DNA of 64,000 nucleotides from Wickerhamiella versatilis (taxonomy: Eukaryota). The notes beneath the pieces are model-generated. The model was not told where the DNA came from and did no database searches. It saw nothing but the letters and a program-made list of their open reading frames with translations. The translations under genes and the position numbers were made by a program. The stretch covers positions 3,224,001-3,288,000 of the forward strand of contig JAQOWU010000008.1 of assembly GCA_030867685.1 (NCBI GenBank). Reading direction: 5' to 3'. Within the stretch, counting starts at the first letter, position 1. The number at the start of each line of letters is the position of its first letter. Positions 47,398 to 59,979 of this stretch are shown in pieces.

Positions 47398-50300
47398 CTA
47401 AAAGTCAACACCAGTTACCATCAGCAACAAAGCCATGCGAACGTACAATCCGTAACGCATCTGCCGGAAGTACGCTGCACGATGGTCAAAGTCAACCTCC
47501 TCTGCAATCTCAGCATTGCGGGGAAGCGGGTGCATAACACACATGTGATTCTTGCAGCGGGCCAAGACAGAGTTGTCAACGCGGTATGTGTCCTTGAGAC
47601 GGTTGTATTGCTCCTGTGACGCGAATCTCTCCTGTTGCACACGAGTGCAGTACAAAACATCAGTATCCGCTAGAATTTCATCTGTCAGTTCGAAAGCTTC
47701 ACGGCCAAGTTTACCTTGTGAGCTGAGCAGATCACGGAATTCCTGAGGTAACTCGAGCTCTTTAGGAGCCACCAGCTGCACCTTGATATTGTAATAGGCC
47801 AAAAGCTGGGTAAGAGAGTGTACAGTGCGTCCATATTTCAGATCACCCATGAAAGTGATGGTGAGCCCATTCACTGATCCAAGCTCTTCACGGATAGTGT
47901 ACAAATCCAGGAAAGCCTGGGTAGGGTGCTCTTCTGGACCATTACCACCGTTAATAACCGGAACACCCAGGTATCTGTCCGCGACTCGGATGCTGTCCGG
48001 ATCAGGATGACGAAGAACAATACTATCACAGTAAGATGCAAGAGTACGCAACGTGTCCTGTAGCGTCTCACCCTTTTTGACACTTGAATTGGACACAGAA
48101 ACAGGGATAACCCGACCACCTAGGCGCTGCATTGCAGCATCAAAGCTTGTCTGCGTACGAGTTGACGGCTCGTAGAACATAAGGGCGAGGACACGACCCT
48201 GAAGCAAGTCGAGACCACCCTTACGCTCTACTGCAAGCCTCATCTCCTGGGCTAAGTCGAAAAGCTCGTGGAGGTTACGTCTGGTGAACTGGTGGACACT
48301 GGTGACCGATTTACGCAAAAACGGATTGCGACGAAGAGATTCAATCAAGGCTGCACGCGATGCAGGCTCACGCGATGCCTGTGGCTTAGGCTGCTCTCCA
48401 GTAAACGAAGGTCGCGACACACTTCGTCTAATAGAAACTGGACTGGTAGGAACCACTGGTGAGCTAGGCTGTGCCACTGGCTCAACAACTTCCTCAGCCA
48501 GATCTCGTCCAGGGATTGGAGACAATAGTTTGTTTTCGAGAACTCTCAATTTACCTTCGAACTCAACACGCTCGACAGTGCCACGAGTCACTGCCTTAAG
48601 ACCTAATGGCGATTTCTCGAAGGCACTACGGTCCAGATCGATATCAACGGAGGTGCGCAGATCCTCCACAAGGCCAAATATACGACGGGGAGCATGCGCA
48701 AGTTTCTCGATGACCTTTTCAGGAGTCAGCCAGCCAGCGGAAACCACAGCGGCCACGATAGGGACCGCCGCACTGAAATCAGTGAATCTTGAGGATGTTA
48801 CCGTTATCATATCTATATCGGCGACGGCACTTCGGAGCTTATTCTGATCTGCTCGCGAGGGCAAAGCATCCTTAAGATTATCAGGTGCATCTTCTTTAGC
48901 CAGCAACAGCGATAGCAAACATATATCTGCAGTTACAGGCAAGCCTCGCTGCCGTGACATCTCAACAAGTTGTAAATCAGCCACGGAGCGGATATTAGAA
49001 ACGTGGAGTCTACGCTGGTGGAGTGCACTCAAAAGCAACAAGGAAGCCAATTCCGTCGCAGCCACATCAGTCGCTACCAAGCTAGCTGCTTGAATATGCG
49101 CCGCAATGTCAGTCAGCGGCATGCCTTGAGGAATCCAAAGCCGACCTTCATTTCCTCCCACATTAGAATGAGTAGCCTCGATAAGCAAGAAATAGTCACC
49201 TGCAGCCTCCTTACCAGCAGCAAGAATTTGACGTTCAGATTTGAACTCACCCACGATCAAGTTGGTTGTGAAGCCATGCTTGACTGCGGCTGTGGTGGTC
49301 GCACCAACTGTATCTGGAATACAATGTGTCAAAGAGACAAGTCCACCGGGAACATGGAGGACATTATGACTCAATTGTGCATCTACAGATGAAACTGGGA
49401 GATCCAAGTCAACAGTACGAAGCATGGCATCGAACAGAAGCTTGGCGTTCTTCACATTTGTTACAAGCGGTACAGCGTAATCAACGGCCATACGGCGCGT
49501 CTTGTAACCTTTAGACATATAATTGGCTGGCCGACGGAATCTGTTCGAACTAGGCAAGTTGACATACAGATCAATGCGGTTGTTCGACAAATATTGTGCC
49601 AGACTGTATTCAGCCTTCTCTGCATCATCGGCAATGAAGTCCAGATATTTGGCTTTGATTCCGTATTCAACCAAAAAGTCAGTAGTTCCTGCTGTCGCAT
49701 AAATGCCATAGCCAGCTTGCTGCAAGCGCTCCACGTAAGGAAGAATTTCCATCTTTTCCTTGTAACTGCCAATAGACAATAGAATATTCTTGCGGGCTTG
49801 TGGAGGGTGGATTCCAGAAGCAATGAGGGCCTTCAAATATGCTTCGTACTTGTCCTTGCCATAACACGCCACTTCTCCGGTAGAAGCCATCTCAACACCC
49901 AGCACAGGATCAGCTCCACTCAAACGAGAGAAACTAAACTGCGGTACTTTCACTGCTACGCGATCCAAGGTTGTAGAAGGATATGGCTGAACCTTGGCTC
50001 CTGCTACGACTTGGGTGGCTATCTCTATAAGGTCCGTGCCTGTTGCCTTCGAAACGAAGGGGAAGCTGCGAGAAGCACGGACATTGCATTCGATGACCTT
50101 GATATCGTTGTCTTTTGCGATGAACTGGATGTTATAAGGGCCAGAAACATTGAGCGCATCACCTATCTTTGCCGTTGCCTCGACAATACGCTGTACAGTC
50201 TCTGCAGCCAAGTCCTGAGGAGGAACAATTAAAGTTGCATCACCGCTGTGAACTCCTGCATTCTCTACATGCTCACTGACTACGTGCATGACCATTTCAC

Positions 50301-53300
50301 CATCACGCGCAACGGCATCCATTTCAATTTCTTTGGCTCCCTCAATATACTTAGTGATGACCACAGGGTAATCTTGGGACACAGCAACCGCCTGGTTGAG
50401 GTAACTCGCCAGATCATCACGACTGTAAACAGTGTTCATAGCAGCACCACTCAGTACATACGATGGTCGCACTAGAACAGGGTAAGATACACGCTCTGCG
50501 AACTGCTCGGCTTCCTCAAAGCTGGTGAGCTCCTTCCACTCGGGTTGGTCTACTCCAATAGAATCCAGCATACGACTAAATTTGTAGCGGTTCTCTGCGC
50601 GGTCGATCATATCGGGGGAAGTACCAAGGATGTTCACGTTTGCTCTTTGCAAAGCCAAAGCAATATTGTTAGATGTCTGACCACCCATACTGACTACAAC
50701 TCCAGAAGAGGTTTCAAGCTCATATATATCAAGCACACGTTCAAGATTGATTACTTCAAAGTAAAGCCTGTCAGCCTCATCGTAATCGGTTGACACAGTT
50801 TCGGGGTTGTAATTAACCATGATGGTTTTATGACCCAAACTACGCAAAGTGCGTACTGTACGAACAGCGCACCAGTCGAACTCAACCGAAGAACCAATCC
50901 GGTAAACACCTGAACCTAATACCATGGCACCATGGTCTTCGAAATCAATATCGTGCTTGTCGGCATTATAAGTCATGTATAGGTAATTTGTCTGAGCAGG
51001 AAACTCAGCGGCAACCGTATCAATCTTCTTAACCCAAGGATGGATACCCATTTTAGTACGGATATCACGGATGCGCATCTCGTTAGATCGTTTGGCACGG
51101 GCAATCTGGCGATCGTCAAAACCAAGTTGCTTAGCCTCACGCATAAGTTTAAAGTCGAGAGGTTGAGTTTCCAACACGTTCGTGAAATCTATAAGTCCCT
51201 TCAACTTGTTCAAGAACCAGCGATCGATCTTGGTTAGGGACCAAACCTGTTCAACAGTATATCCAGACGACAACGCATTTGCAATAGCGAATAGGCGCTG
51301 GTCACTAGGTGTCTGGAGTTCTGAGTCGATATCAATGGACATCAATGCTTCCATCGCTGCGAAGCCGAGGTTGTGGTAATCTGTGGATCTAATAGCCTTT
51401 TGAATGGCCTCTTCAAAAGTTCTTCCGATAGACATCACTTCACCTACACTCTTCATTGAAGAAGACAATTCCTTGGAAACGCGCGTGAATTTCTTCAAAT
51501 CCCATCTTGGAATTTTGACCACAACATAGTCAAGAGACGGCTCGAAACAAGCGCAGGTAGATTTGGTCACACTGTTCTTAACTTGATACAGTGGGATTCC
51601 CAATCCCAACTTAGCTGCAACAAAAGCCAGAGGATACCCGGTAGCTTTAGAAGCAAGAGCTGATGAACGAGAGAGACGTGCATTGACCTCGATAATGCAA
51701 TATTCCTTCGAATCAGGGTTCAAGGCATATTGAATGTTGCACTCACCCACAACGCCAAGATGGCGTATGACATTTACTGCTGTCGTACGAAGCATGTTGT
51801 AATCTTCATCAGACAGAGTTTGCGAGGGGGCGACAACAATAGAATCTCCTGTGTGAATTCCTAACGGATCAAAGTTCTCCATGTTACAAACAGTGATACA
51901 GTTATCGTAGGCATCTCTCACAACTTCATATTCAATTTCCTTCCACCCCTTCATACTGCGCTCAACAAGCACTTGTGGTGAGGTAGCGAATGCTACATCA
52001 CACAATTGCTTGAGTTGGGATTCGTTATCGGCAAACCCACTTCCGAGACCACCTAGGGCATAGGCCGCACGTGCAATTACTGGGTATCCGATTTTTTCGG
52101 CAGCATCACGAGCTTCTTCCCAGTTGGAGGTAGCAACACTTGTGGCACATTTCTCATTGATCTCCGCCATAGCGTTTGCGAAAAGTTCTCTATCCTCTGT
52201 AGTGATCACCGTATCCACTGGTGTACCCAACACTTTAACACCAAGTTCCTTCAACTCGTCCTTCAATGCTATGCCTACACTGAGGGCGGTTTGTCCACCA
52301 AATGTCACGTAGATCGAATCGGGACACTCATACTTAATGACCTTGCGCACGAAATCTGGGGTGACAGGAAGGAAATAAACCTTATCAGCAAGACCCTTGG
52401 ACGTTTGAATTGTGGCAATATTTGGATTTATCAATACAGTATACAGTCCCTCCTCTTTCAATGCTTTGATGGCCTGTGAGCCAGAATAATCAAACTCACC
52501 GGCCTGTCCAATACTAAGACCACCACTTCCTAGAATCAAGACCTTTTTAGCATCAACACGCTTAAATTCTGGAGCACTGGGGAAGTAAACTGACTGGAGT
52601 CTCTTGGTGGCCGCGAAATCCAATGCTGTCTCTATAAAAGTGTCAAACAAAAACTCCGTATCATGTGGACCTGGAGAGGCCTCAGGGTGGAATTGAACAG
52701 AGAAAAAGGGAAGACTTTCATGATATATGCCCTCATTCGACCCATCGTTGGCATTGACAAAGAGTTCGCGCCATCCATTGGTGAGGGTTGAAGCTTCCAC
52801 AGCATACCCATGGTTCTGACTCGTGATGTAACAGCGACCACTTACCAGGTTTGTGGCAGGAATGTTTTGACCACGGTTACCGAACTTTAGCTTAGTGGTT
52901 TGAGCACCAGCCGCGCGGGCAATCAGCTGGTGTCCCAAGCAAATACCGAAAACTGGTACTGTCTTCGATTCCAAGACTTTTCGAACTTGTTCAACTACGT
53001 TACCAAGCTTCGCAGGGTCTCCGGGCCCATTGGAAATGAAAAGACCGTCATAGCCCTCTGTTTCGAGCTTGGAGTCCCATGGTAAGACAGTGATCTCTAC
53101 ACCACGCGAAACAAGACACCTAATTTGGTTGAACTTGAGACCAACATCAAGCACCAGAAAACGCAATGGCGTCCCGTCAGCTTTAACAACAGGCTTATGG
53201 GGCTTGAACGTTCTCGGTTCCTTGGTAGAGACATTAGCAACAAGATTCTGAGCATTTGGGTCCCACCACTCAGGCATTGACTGAGAGTTTGGCCCCAGTC

Positions 53301-53757
53301 TAGCAAGCACGGACCCATCTTCCCGAATATGCTGGGTAAGACCACGCGTATCGACAGCATAAATCGCGGGAACATCATATTCCTTGAGCCAAGCATCAAG
53401 GGAACTACTTGCCAAATAATGGCTGTATTCCTCAGTGTAACTCGCAACCACTAGTCCTGCAACGTGAATCCTCTTAGATTCAAAATTTTTAGATAGCCCC
53501 CAGGAATCAAGAGTTTCGCGGCTGGGCACACCGTAATTTCCGACAAGTGGAAAAGTAATCACGAGAATTTGACCCTCGTAACTGGGATCTGTCAAAGACT
53601 CTGGATATCCAACCATGCCTGTCTGGAATACCAATTCACCAGCAGTTGGCTTATTCGCACCAAATCCATAGCCTTGTATAGTAAGGCCATCCCTCAGCTC
53701 GAGCGTCCTGAGTTCATGCTCCTCGCTAATAGGCGGTAGAACGGGTGGATGCGACAT
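47398..53757 (-). CDS. URA2: Multifunctional carbamoyl-phosphate synthetase / aspartate transcarbamylase with degenerate dihydroorotase-like domain
   Basis: GICLGHQ and QFHPE (glutaminase), duplicated CPS ATP-grasp domains, [12 protein letters not shown] and HPLPR (ATCase). Confidence 0.97.
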   Translation of the reverse strand: MSHPPVLPPISEEHELRTLELRDGLTIQGYGFGANKPTAGELVFQTGMVGYPESLTDPSYEGQILVITFPLVGNYGVPSRETLDSWGLSKNFESKRIHVAGLVVASYTEEYSHYLASSSLDAWLKEYDVPAIYAVDTRGLTQHIREDGSVLARLGPNSQSMPEWWDPNAQNLVANVSTKEPRTFKPHKPVVKADGTPLRFLVLDVGLKFNQIRCLVSRGVEITVLPWDSKLETEGYDGLFISNGPGDPAKLGNVVEQVRKVLESKTVPVFGICLGHQLIARAAGAQTTKLKFGNRGQNIPATNLVSGRCYITSQNHGYAVEASTLTNGWRELFVNANDGSNEGIYHESLPFFSVQFHPEASPGPHDTEFLFDTFIETALDFAATKRLQSVYFPSAPEFKRVDAKKVLILGSGGLSIGQAGEFDYSGSQAIKALKEEGLYTVLINPNIATIQTSKGLADKVYFLPVTPDFVRKVIKYECPDSIYVTFGGQTALSVGIALKDELKELGVKVLGTPVDTVITTEDRELFANAMAEINEKCATSVATSNWEEARDAAEKIGYPVIARAAYALGGLGSGFADNESQLKQLCDVAFATSPQVLVERSMKGWKEIEYEVVRDAYDNCITVCNMENFDPLGIHTGDSIVVAPSQTLSDEDYNMLRTTAVNVIRHLGVVGECNIQYALNPDSKEYCIIEVNARLSRSSALASKATGYPLAFVAAKLGLGIPLYQVKNSVTKSTCACFEPSLDYVVVKIPRWDLKKFTRVSKELSSSMKSVGEVMSIGRTFEEAIQKAIRSTDYHNLGFAAMEALMSIDIDSELQTPSDQRLFAIANALSSGYTVEQVWSLTKIDRWFLNKLKGLIDFTNVLETQPLDFKLMREAKQLGFDDRQIARAKRSNEMRIRDIRTKMGIHPWVKKIDTVAAEFPAQTNYLYMTYNADKHDIDFEDHGAMVLGSGVYRIGSSVEFDWCAVRTVRTLRSLGHKTIMVNYNPETVSTDYDEADRLYFEVINLERVLDIYELETSSGVVVSMGGQTSNNIALALQRANVNILGTSPDMIDRAENRYKFSRMLDSIGVDQPEWKELTSFEEAEQFAERVSYPVLVRPSYVLSGAAMNTVYSRDDLASYLNQAVAVSQDYPVVITKYIEGAKEIEMDAVARDGEMVMHVVSEHVENAGVHSGDATLIVPPQDLAAETVQRIVEATAKIGDALNVSGPYNIQFIAKDNDIKVIECNVRASRSFPFVSKATGTDLIEIATQVVAGAKVQPYPSTTLDRVAVKVPQFSFSRLSGADPVLGVEMASTGEVACYGKDKYEAYLKALIASGIHPPQARKNILLSIGSYKEKMEILPYVERLQQAGYGIYATAGTTDFLVEYGIKAKYLDFIADDAEKAEYSLAQYLSNNRIDLYVNLPSSNRFRRPANYMSKGYKTRRMAVDYAVPLVTNVKNAKLLFDAMLRTVDLDLPVSSVDAQLSHNVLHVPGGLVSLTHCIPDTVGATTTAAVKHGFTTNLIVGEFKSERQILAAGKEAAGDYFLLIEATHSNVGGNEGRLWIPQGMPLTDIAAHIQAASLVATDVAATELASLLLLSALHQRRLHVSNIRSVADLQLVEMSRQRGLPVTADICLLSLLLAKEDAPDNLKDALPSRADQNKLRSAVADIDMITVTSSRFTDFSAAVPIVAAVVSAGWLTPEKVIEKLAHAPRRIFGLVEDLRTSVDIDLDRSAFEKSPLGLKAVTRGTVERVEFEGKLRVLENKLLSPIPGRDLAEEVVEPVAQPSSPVVPTSPVSIRRSVSRPSFTGEQPKPQASREPASRAALIESLRRNPFLRKSVTSVHQFTRRNLHELFDLAQEMRLAVERKGGLDLLQGRVLALMFYEPSTRTQTSFDAAMQRLGGRVIPVSVSNSSVKKGETLQDTLRTLASYCDSIVLRHPDPDSIRVADRYLGVPVINGGNGPEEHPTQAFLDLYTIREELGSVNGLTITFMGDLKYGRTVHSLTQLLAYYNIKVQLVAPKELELPQEFRDLLSSQGKLGREAFELTDEILADTDVLYCTRVQQERFASQEQYNRLKDTYRVDNSVLARCKNHMCVMHPLPRNAEIAEEVDFDHRAAYFRQMRYGLYVRMALLLMVTGVDF

Positions 53758-54164
53758 TACCCACTGGCTTTTGCTGAGAGATCGAGCAATTCTACCAGGC
53801 GGGAGACTTTAAAAAAAATACTTCCTAGCCCAGACCCTTACCCCAACACGGTTCCAGACTTGGAGAAGGTAAAATGCCACTAATTACGAGGCCGATTTCT
53901 TCTATTTAATTACAATTCTTGAAAATATACGGTATAATGACAATATATGTCTCAAATACCTTCTAACGTGAGAACTTATGGTGGTCAAAGCAGAGACTCT
54001 CGTCAAAAAGCCCTCAGGCTCGATCTACCCATCTGTATTGTTCGTTAGAAATGCTTTACTTCAAATCTCGGACACTAGCATTTTGTCTTATTCTCATTGC
54101 CGCCTTCATAGGCTTGATCGAGAGGAGGCCTAATAACTATCCCATTTGTCATCAATAGCTACTC

Positions 54165-56372
54165 ATGCGCTGGCTCGCAGTACTAACTCTCGCACATGCG
54201 ACGCTTGCCGCTGTGCTTGGTATTGACTATGGTACAGATTTCACAAAGGCAGCTCTTGTAGCTCCTTATGTCCCTTTTGAAATTGTTTTGACCCAGGACT
54301 CCAAGCGTAAGGATGTTAGCGGCTTGCTGTTGAAGCCTGTAGGCAAGTCTGGAGAGCTAGAACGTGTCTATGGATCCTCAGGCGTGAGCCAAATCAGTAG
54401 ACTTCCAGGAAACTCACTTTACAGTTTGAAGACGGTGCTTGGTGCCTCGAAGGAAGACATAAGTGTCGCTCTTTTTGAACAATTACATCCAGGCCTAGAC
54501 ATAATTCGAAGCGACCGTGATAGTGTTTCTTTCAATATAAGTGGTACTATCTGGCCAGTTGAGGAAGCCGTGGGTATGCTCCTGTCAGAAGTTCGCAGTA
54601 GAGCCACTGGTCTCCTGCAAGATAAGGTTCGCAACTCTGCAGAGGTACGTGCTGCTGCTCTCACGGCGCCTGGCCACTTCAAAACCTCCCAGAGGGTGGC
54701 ATTGAGGGATGCTGCCACACTTGCGGGCCTCGATGTCATTTCTTTGGTTGATGATGGTGTTGCCGTTGCTGTAAACTTTGCTTCGAATAACAAGCAGTTG
54801 ACAGCTGAGAAACAGTATTTCATAGTCTACGATATGGGAGCAATGGGAACTACTTCGACTCTGGTATCACTCAGACAAACAGTTGAAAACGGTACTGTAG
54901 TAGAAGTCGAAGGCTATGGTGGTGACCCCACCCTTGGCGGCCACGCCTTGACCGCTCTGCTTCGTGAGATGCTCTTCGCCAAAAGCAGATTTCCAGTGGA
55001 AGCACGTACTCCGCGTGTTCTTTCGCGGCTTTGGGCCGAGGCAGAGCGCGCCAAGATGGTGCTTAGTGTCAACAACGACGTGAATGTCTTTGTGGAAAGT
55101 CTGTGGGATGATCGCGATATTAATGTGAAAGTTTCACGCTCAGAATTTGAGAAAAATGCTCGTCCCCAGAAATCGGCTGCCCTGGAGCCGCTCCTTGACT
55201 CTCTTACAACTTTCGATGGTGCCACACCCCCAATAGAGGCAGTTCTGCTGCATGGTGGAGCCACTCGTACGCCATTTGTTCAAGAACAGCTTCAGAAAGC
55301 CAACCTGCGCATCGCTAAAAATGTAAATGCAGATGAAGCTGCCACGCTTGGTGCCACGTTGTATGGAGTCGGGTTGTCAGGAATTTTCAAAATGAAGCCT
55401 ATGACTGTGATTGACCGCATTCCTTGGGAGTTCAAGGCTTCCTTCAATGGTAAAAAGGCGGTAGACCTGTTTCCTCGGGGCTCGATTACAGATTCGACTC
55501 TTAAGGTGGAGTTGCCAGAGTCGGAATCTGTTGATATTGAGCTTTTGGAGGGTGGTAAAAGTATCGATTTGTGGTCTATTCCTAATGCAAAGACCGTTGT
55601 CAACAATTTGCGTGAGCCTGGATTTTTGCAGTGCGTAGGTCCCGCCAAGATTATGGCCGAATTTAAATTGACCACCGATAGGACTGTCAAACTAGTCGAC
55701 GTTGAGGCGGTTTGTGATGCCAAATCGCTGAAGACCTCCACCAAGTCTGGCTCTTCATCTGCTACAACTGCAACAAATGTTGAATCGGCTAGTAGTGATG
55801 AAGTTTCGTCATCATACAGTGAGGCCGAAAGTCCTACGGTAACTCCGACGGTTGATTCATCATCAACAACACCATCTTCATCGTCTACTTCCACTGAGAC
55901 TACTACTACTACTAGTAGCACAAAATCCGCACCGAGAATTAAATCTCGAAAGCTTACCATTCGGTCAAAGCCTCTTAAGCATGTGGCAGCCTCCCTAGGC
56001 TCCTCAGAGAAACAGCAGTTGATGCAACACATGCGCCAGCTCGACAAAGAAGATGCTGCGCGTCGTAAGTTTGACACAGTTCACAATGAACTCGAGAGCT
56101 TACTCTATAGGTTGATGGAGCAGGTTCCTGGAGAGAAATTGGTATCAGAATTGTTGGAGAAGCTTTATGACCCGAAACCCATTGAGGAGTTGTCGAAGCA
56201 ACTTGATACGGCCAAATCCCTTTGGAATTCTCTTACATCTTCCGAGTCTTCGGAGAGTACGGCTGACGCCACTGGCGACGATACCGCTGAAATGTCATCG
56301 TCATCTACTAGCAATGAAGAGACTTCGGAAACTAATCAGTCTGAAGATGATATCGATCACTCAGAACTCTAA
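54165..56372 (+). CDS. LHS1: ER Hsp70-like nucleotide-exchange factor Lhs1/Grp170
   Basis: Signal peptide, VLGIDYG, YDMGA, GGATRTPFVQ, NADEAA; terminal HSEL. Confidence 0.88.
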   Translation: MRWLAVLTLAHATLAAVLGIDYGTDFTKAALVAPYVPFEIVLTQDSKRKDVSGLLLKPVGKSGELERVYGSSGVSQISRLPGNSLYSLKTVLGASKEDISVALFEQLHPGLDIIRSDRDSVSFNISGTIWPVEEAVGMLLSEVRSRATGLLQDKVRNSAEVRAAALTAPGHFKTSQRVALRDAATLAGLDVISLVDDGVAVAVNFASNNKQLTAEKQYFIVYDMGAMGTTSTLVSLRQTVENGTVVEVEGYGGDPTLGGHALTALLREMLFAKSRFPVEARTPRVLSRLWAEAERAKMVLSVNNDVNVFVESLWDDRDINVKVSRSEFEKNARPQKSAALEPLLDSLTTFDGATPPIEAVLLHGGATRTPFVQEQLQKANLRIAKNVNADEAATLGATLYGVGLSGIFKMKPMTVIDRIPWEFKASFNGKKAVDLFPRGSITDSTLKVELPESESVDIELLEGGKSIDLWSIPNAKTVVNNLREPGFLQCVGPAKIMAEFKLTTDRTVKLVDVEAVCDAKSLKTSTKSGSSSATTATNVESASSDEVSSSYSEAESPTVTPTVDSSSTTPSSSSTSTETTTTTSSTKSAPRIKSRKLTIRSKPLKHVAASLGSSEKQQLMQHMRQLDKEDAARRKFDTVHNELESLLYRLMEQVPGEKLVSELLEKLYDPKPIEELSKQLDTAKSLWNSLTSSESSESTADATGDDTAEMSSSSTSNEETSETNQSEDDIDHSEL

Positions 56373-56486
56373 GTACATAATTTTGCCATGGGAAAAACAT
56401 ACATACTTTTATGAGACAAATTGTATAATATAATATGTCTCTTAGAAAGAAGGTCATGATACAATGTCTATAAAAAATGCCTAGAA

Positions 56487-57626
56487 CTAAGAGCAGCAGC
56501 ATCCACGTATAACAACGGGTCTATCCCACCATTCAAGTGAAAACCGTTGCAAGAATCTCCTGTCCTGCGGCGCTAACGGGTCCAGCCCCATGGCAGCCAT
56601 ATCCTCAATTCCCACCTGAATAACACCACTGTCTTCATTAGCAATTTGTGCGAATACACGAATGAGTTCGCGGGTGTAATGCTGGAAAGCGCCGATTAGC
56701 GCAACACCATCAGGCTTATATAGAAGAGGCTGGTCTTCGCTGTCTATGAGTGCAGATTCCCCTGCGGAGGCCCACCATATAAGGCCTGATGAGGTAGAAT
56801 CAACCAAACGATCTATCAAACGAGAAGGAAATTTCAGACCCATCGCTTCCATGAACTTTGCGAAGCGATGTCGGTCGCGCCAGGTTGGTCGCAAGTTTTC
56901 TCCCGTAGCTACCCAATGTACCGAATCAGTGTCTGCCCACGCATCACAGCGCCCACGTGATGGCTGCGTGAGGATTGTATCGGTAGTTGTTGCCACAAAT
57001 CCGCCAGTACTTTCCATCCGGCCCATGTCCACGAGCGATACAGTGTGCCAACATGCATAGTCTGCAGCATTTTGTCTATGATCCGGTAGGAGATGGATCA
57101 CATCTGCTGGGATCGATGCAAGCCTAGATACAAGATATGCAAACTGACTCATTTCTCGGAGGCTCGCGACAGCAGGCAAAAGCAATCTAGCTCTTGCCAA
57201 CCCGGCTTTCCAAAGTTCAAAAACTAGTGGTCCATATCTTTGAACAAAATTGTCTGTTGCTAATACCGGGTGGCATTTAGCATCCGGAGCACCTAATGCA
57301 CCAAGTGAAATTACTGAAGGGTCCCGAACATCCATGAACTTCGATAGTTCATGTTTCAAAAACATCTCTTGATTCCACATCACCTTATTACTTAGAAGAG
57401 CAAGCGAATACATCTGTGCGGTGGCACGTTCACTTCCACGACGAGCGTATACGGCAATGCCTTGCCACTTGCCACATAGGAAGTAGATAGTATCTTCATC
57501 GGTATCATGAACGCCGCTGGGAATCATCTTGAATTCGAGTCCAGGAACACTTCCAGGCTCCAAGCGTTCACTGGACCATACTATTTGGTTTCCGAGCCTC
57601 ACGTCAAACTTTGCCAAGACTAGCAT
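56487..57626 (-). CDS. DUF2347/DENND11 (Anr2/LCHN-like) protein
   Basis: FDVRLGNQIVW, GLEFKMIPSGVH, GPLVFELWKAGL, WWASAGE; terminal CCCS is a possible lipidation site. Confidence 0.72.
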   Translation of the reverse strand: MLVLAKFDVRLGNQIVWSSERLEPGSVPGLEFKMIPSGVHDTDEDTIYFLCGKWQGIAVYARRGSERATAQMYSLALLSNKVMWNQEMFLKHELSKFMDVRDPSVISLGALGAPDAKCHPVLATDNFVQRYGPLVFELWKAGLARARLLLPAVASLREMSQFAYLVSRLASIPADVIHLLPDHRQNAADYACWHTVSLVDMGRMESTGGFVATTTDTILTQPSRGRCDAWADTDSVHWVATGENLRPTWRDRHRFAKFMEAMGLKFPSRLIDRLVDSTSSGLIWWASAGESALIDSEDQPLLYKPDGVALIGAFQHYTRELIRVFAQIANEDSGVIQVGIEDMAAMGLDPLAPQDRRFLQRFSLEWWDRPVVIRGCCCS

Positions 57627-57870
57627 TTCATTGCCGACCGGCGGGTAAGGAATATAATGACGTAATTTATTATCGCACTACCTATGCAGATATTCAGATA
57701 GTATGCATTGGAAAGTAGGATATTTTATAGCGTGCGCTGATATATAAATTGGATTTCCTTGACCGCACGTAAAGTTCCCAAGAGAGACTCTTGAAACCTG
57801 AACGTAGGAGTCTTAGAGAGTAATCTTATAAGGACTAAAAACAATGTAAGATTCAACTATTAGTTAAGTG

Positions 57871-59610
57871 CTAAGCTACGACGGATTCGGACTGTTTCTG
57901 CTCTTGGTTTGCAAGCCGTTCCTGGACAAATTTACCCATATCTCGCTCAATATTAGACCAGTCTTCGTGGGCCAGCCACGGATCCTTTAAAATCTCGAAG
58001 TAGCGCGGTCGCGAGTTGGGATTCTTGGAGACTAGACGGCTCACGAATTCACATGCTTCTTTGGTATACTTCTTTGGATCAAGACCAGGCGGTTGGCCAT
58101 CGACAATGGCACTTAACTGACTGAAAATGTTTGAATAAGAATCCGGTGGATACGGATAGTGTCCTTCGGACATTTCGACGATTGAAAGTCCAAGAGACCA
58201 TACGTCTGACTCTGAGGTATAAGCAGCCGAGCTATAGTGTGGTTGTTTCGATGCGGGTCTAGCGGCTGTGTTTGCACTTCCGCGGATACGCTCTGGTGCC
58301 ATGTATGCCTGACAACCAATATTTGTCTTTGCTATCGATGCAACTAAATTGCCAGACACTCCAAAATCACATAACTTTACCTTTCCACTTGTGGAACACA
58401 ATACATTGGTTGGCTTCACATCACGATGAATGATATTATAGCCCTCCTTCAAAGAATTTAAACCACGCACAACCTCATAAGTTATATATTTCAGGAATTT
58501 CTCGGGTATGCCTCCCTCGTATATTTTATTAACTGAGCCTCCGTCCATGTACTCCATACAAATATAGACAGCTCCCTCCATGAAGAAAGCGCCATAAAAG
58601 TCAACAATATTATCCATATGACATCGATGCAATACATCGAGCTCCATAATTATCTGGCGAAAGCTTGCTTCATCAAGTTCGAGCCTGATCTCCTTCATCG
58701 CCATAGTGACTCCTGTGGGAACATGCAGTACTTTCTGAACGGACCCGTAGTTACCACCACCGAGTTCCGAAATAGGTTCCAGCTCATCCAGCGATATCCG
58801 AAAAGACGTTCCTGAGGAGAAGTCTATGCCTTTAGCATGCAATACGGCCTTGCCTGCGAAACTAAGCGAACCGGTCTCGGCATCAATATAACGATTATAG
58901 TCAGAAAATGGCTTAGGCTTTGATTTTACATCGTCTCTACCTTGGGGAGCCGATGGAGCCTGCCTTTGTGGTGGGTCTAAATGAAGTCTTTCTGTAGACG
59001 AGGGTAAATCCAATTTCATGCCCCGTCTCTCACTCAGCGAAGCTCTTTGCCTGGTTCTTACGGAGGGAGTGCGCCCTAGAGCTAGTGCACCACCTGTTGG
59101 AGTGAACGGAATTGATCTATGCCTTTCCTCCGGGGATGATGTGGGTGGGGTCGGTCCATTAAATTTTGGCCGGGATCCACCACCAAGGCTTGAGGAACGC
59201 GAAAGATTCGATTTACCAGAGCGAGATTGTTGTAATGCAAGAATTCTGGCCTGCATATCTGCCGCGAGGCCCTCCATTACCGATGGTGTCGTAGGTGATA
59301 CAACTGATGGCGTCGCCTGCGATGCCGGCATGCTTGTGTGCTGTCCATTTACTGATCCAGCTGGTGCAGAACTACATGCATTTCCTCTGTTTGCCGGCTT
59401 GGTAGGCTTTTCCTGAGGTGGGCTAGGCTCTGTGGCCTGAGTCTGTGCAGCTTGTTTCTCAGATGGTGCAAAAGGAGATACCATTTCAAGCGACCTTAGA
59501 GTATCTGGAGTCGTATCAAGCTTTAACTCCGGCCTCTTCTCATTGCTGTAGCCGAGATTCAGCCTCTCCATTCGTGGCAGCTCGAGGTTATCCCGCGACC
59601 TGTCTGACAT
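57871..59610 (-). CDS. PBS2: HOG-pathway MAP kinase kinase Pbs2
   Basis: MAMKEIRLELDE, HRDVKPTN, DFGVSGNLVASIAKTNIGCQAYMAPERI, NIFSQLSAIVDG. Confidence 0.95.
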   Translation of the reverse strand: MSDRSRDNLELPRMERLNLGYSNEKRPELKLDTTPDTLRSLEMVSPFAPSEKQAAQTQATEPSPPQEKPTKPANRGNACSSAPAGSVNGQHTSMPASQATPSVVSPTTPSVMEGLAADMQARILALQQSRSGKSNLSRSSSLGGGSRPKFNGPTPPTSSPEERHRSIPFTPTGGALALGRTPSVRTRQRASLSERRGMKLDLPSSTERLHLDPPQRQAPSAPQGRDDVKSKPKPFSDYNRYIDAETGSLSFAGKAVLHAKGIDFSSGTSFRISLDELEPISELGGGNYGSVQKVLHVPTGVTMAMKEIRLELDEASFRQIIMELDVLHRCHMDNIVDFYGAFFMEGAVYICMEYMDGGSVNKIYEGGIPEKFLKYITYEVVRGLNSLKEGYNIIHRDVKPTNVLCSTSGKVKLCDFGVSGNLVASIAKTNIGCQAYMAPERIRGSANTAARPASKQPHYSSAAYTSESDVWSLGLSIVEMSEGHYPYPPDSYSNIFSQLSAIVDGQPPGLDPKKYTKEACEFVSRLVSKNPNSRPRYFEILKDPWLAHEDWSNIERDMGKFVQERLANQEQKQSESVVA

Positions 59611-59979
59611 AACCTATGTGGTTAGGGTATCCCAGAGTCCACTTTTTATGTGCAGTTAGAATGTTTATCGACATGGTTGCCATCTCGACCCTCTTGCATA
59701 TGGTTATGCGTTACTATTAATGGATTTTTTTGCAAATTTAGTAAATCTCTAGGATTATTAGTGTTATATTAGAATTCCCTTCAAAATTTAAATTATAAGT
59801 TATTGTTGCATATTTATTCGGTGGTGATCCAGCGGTAATAGAGCCTTTTCGTTATTATTATTATTATTTTTCAAATGTGTAGCTGGATCCCGAATGTTAT
59901 ACTCATAAAAAAAGTGTGAAACGGTAAGATTATGGCAGAACTTTAGTGATCTTGAGGCCGGTGCGTGTCATAAGAAGCG

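Noticed and set aside
48450..49370. Degenerate dihydroorotase domain in URA2 as a pseudogene signal
   Set aside because: An inactive DHOase-like domain is the normal state of fungal Ura2
55292..56077. 261-aa antisense ORF opposite LHS1
   Set aside because: Shadow of a Ser/Thr-rich coding region with no independent evidence
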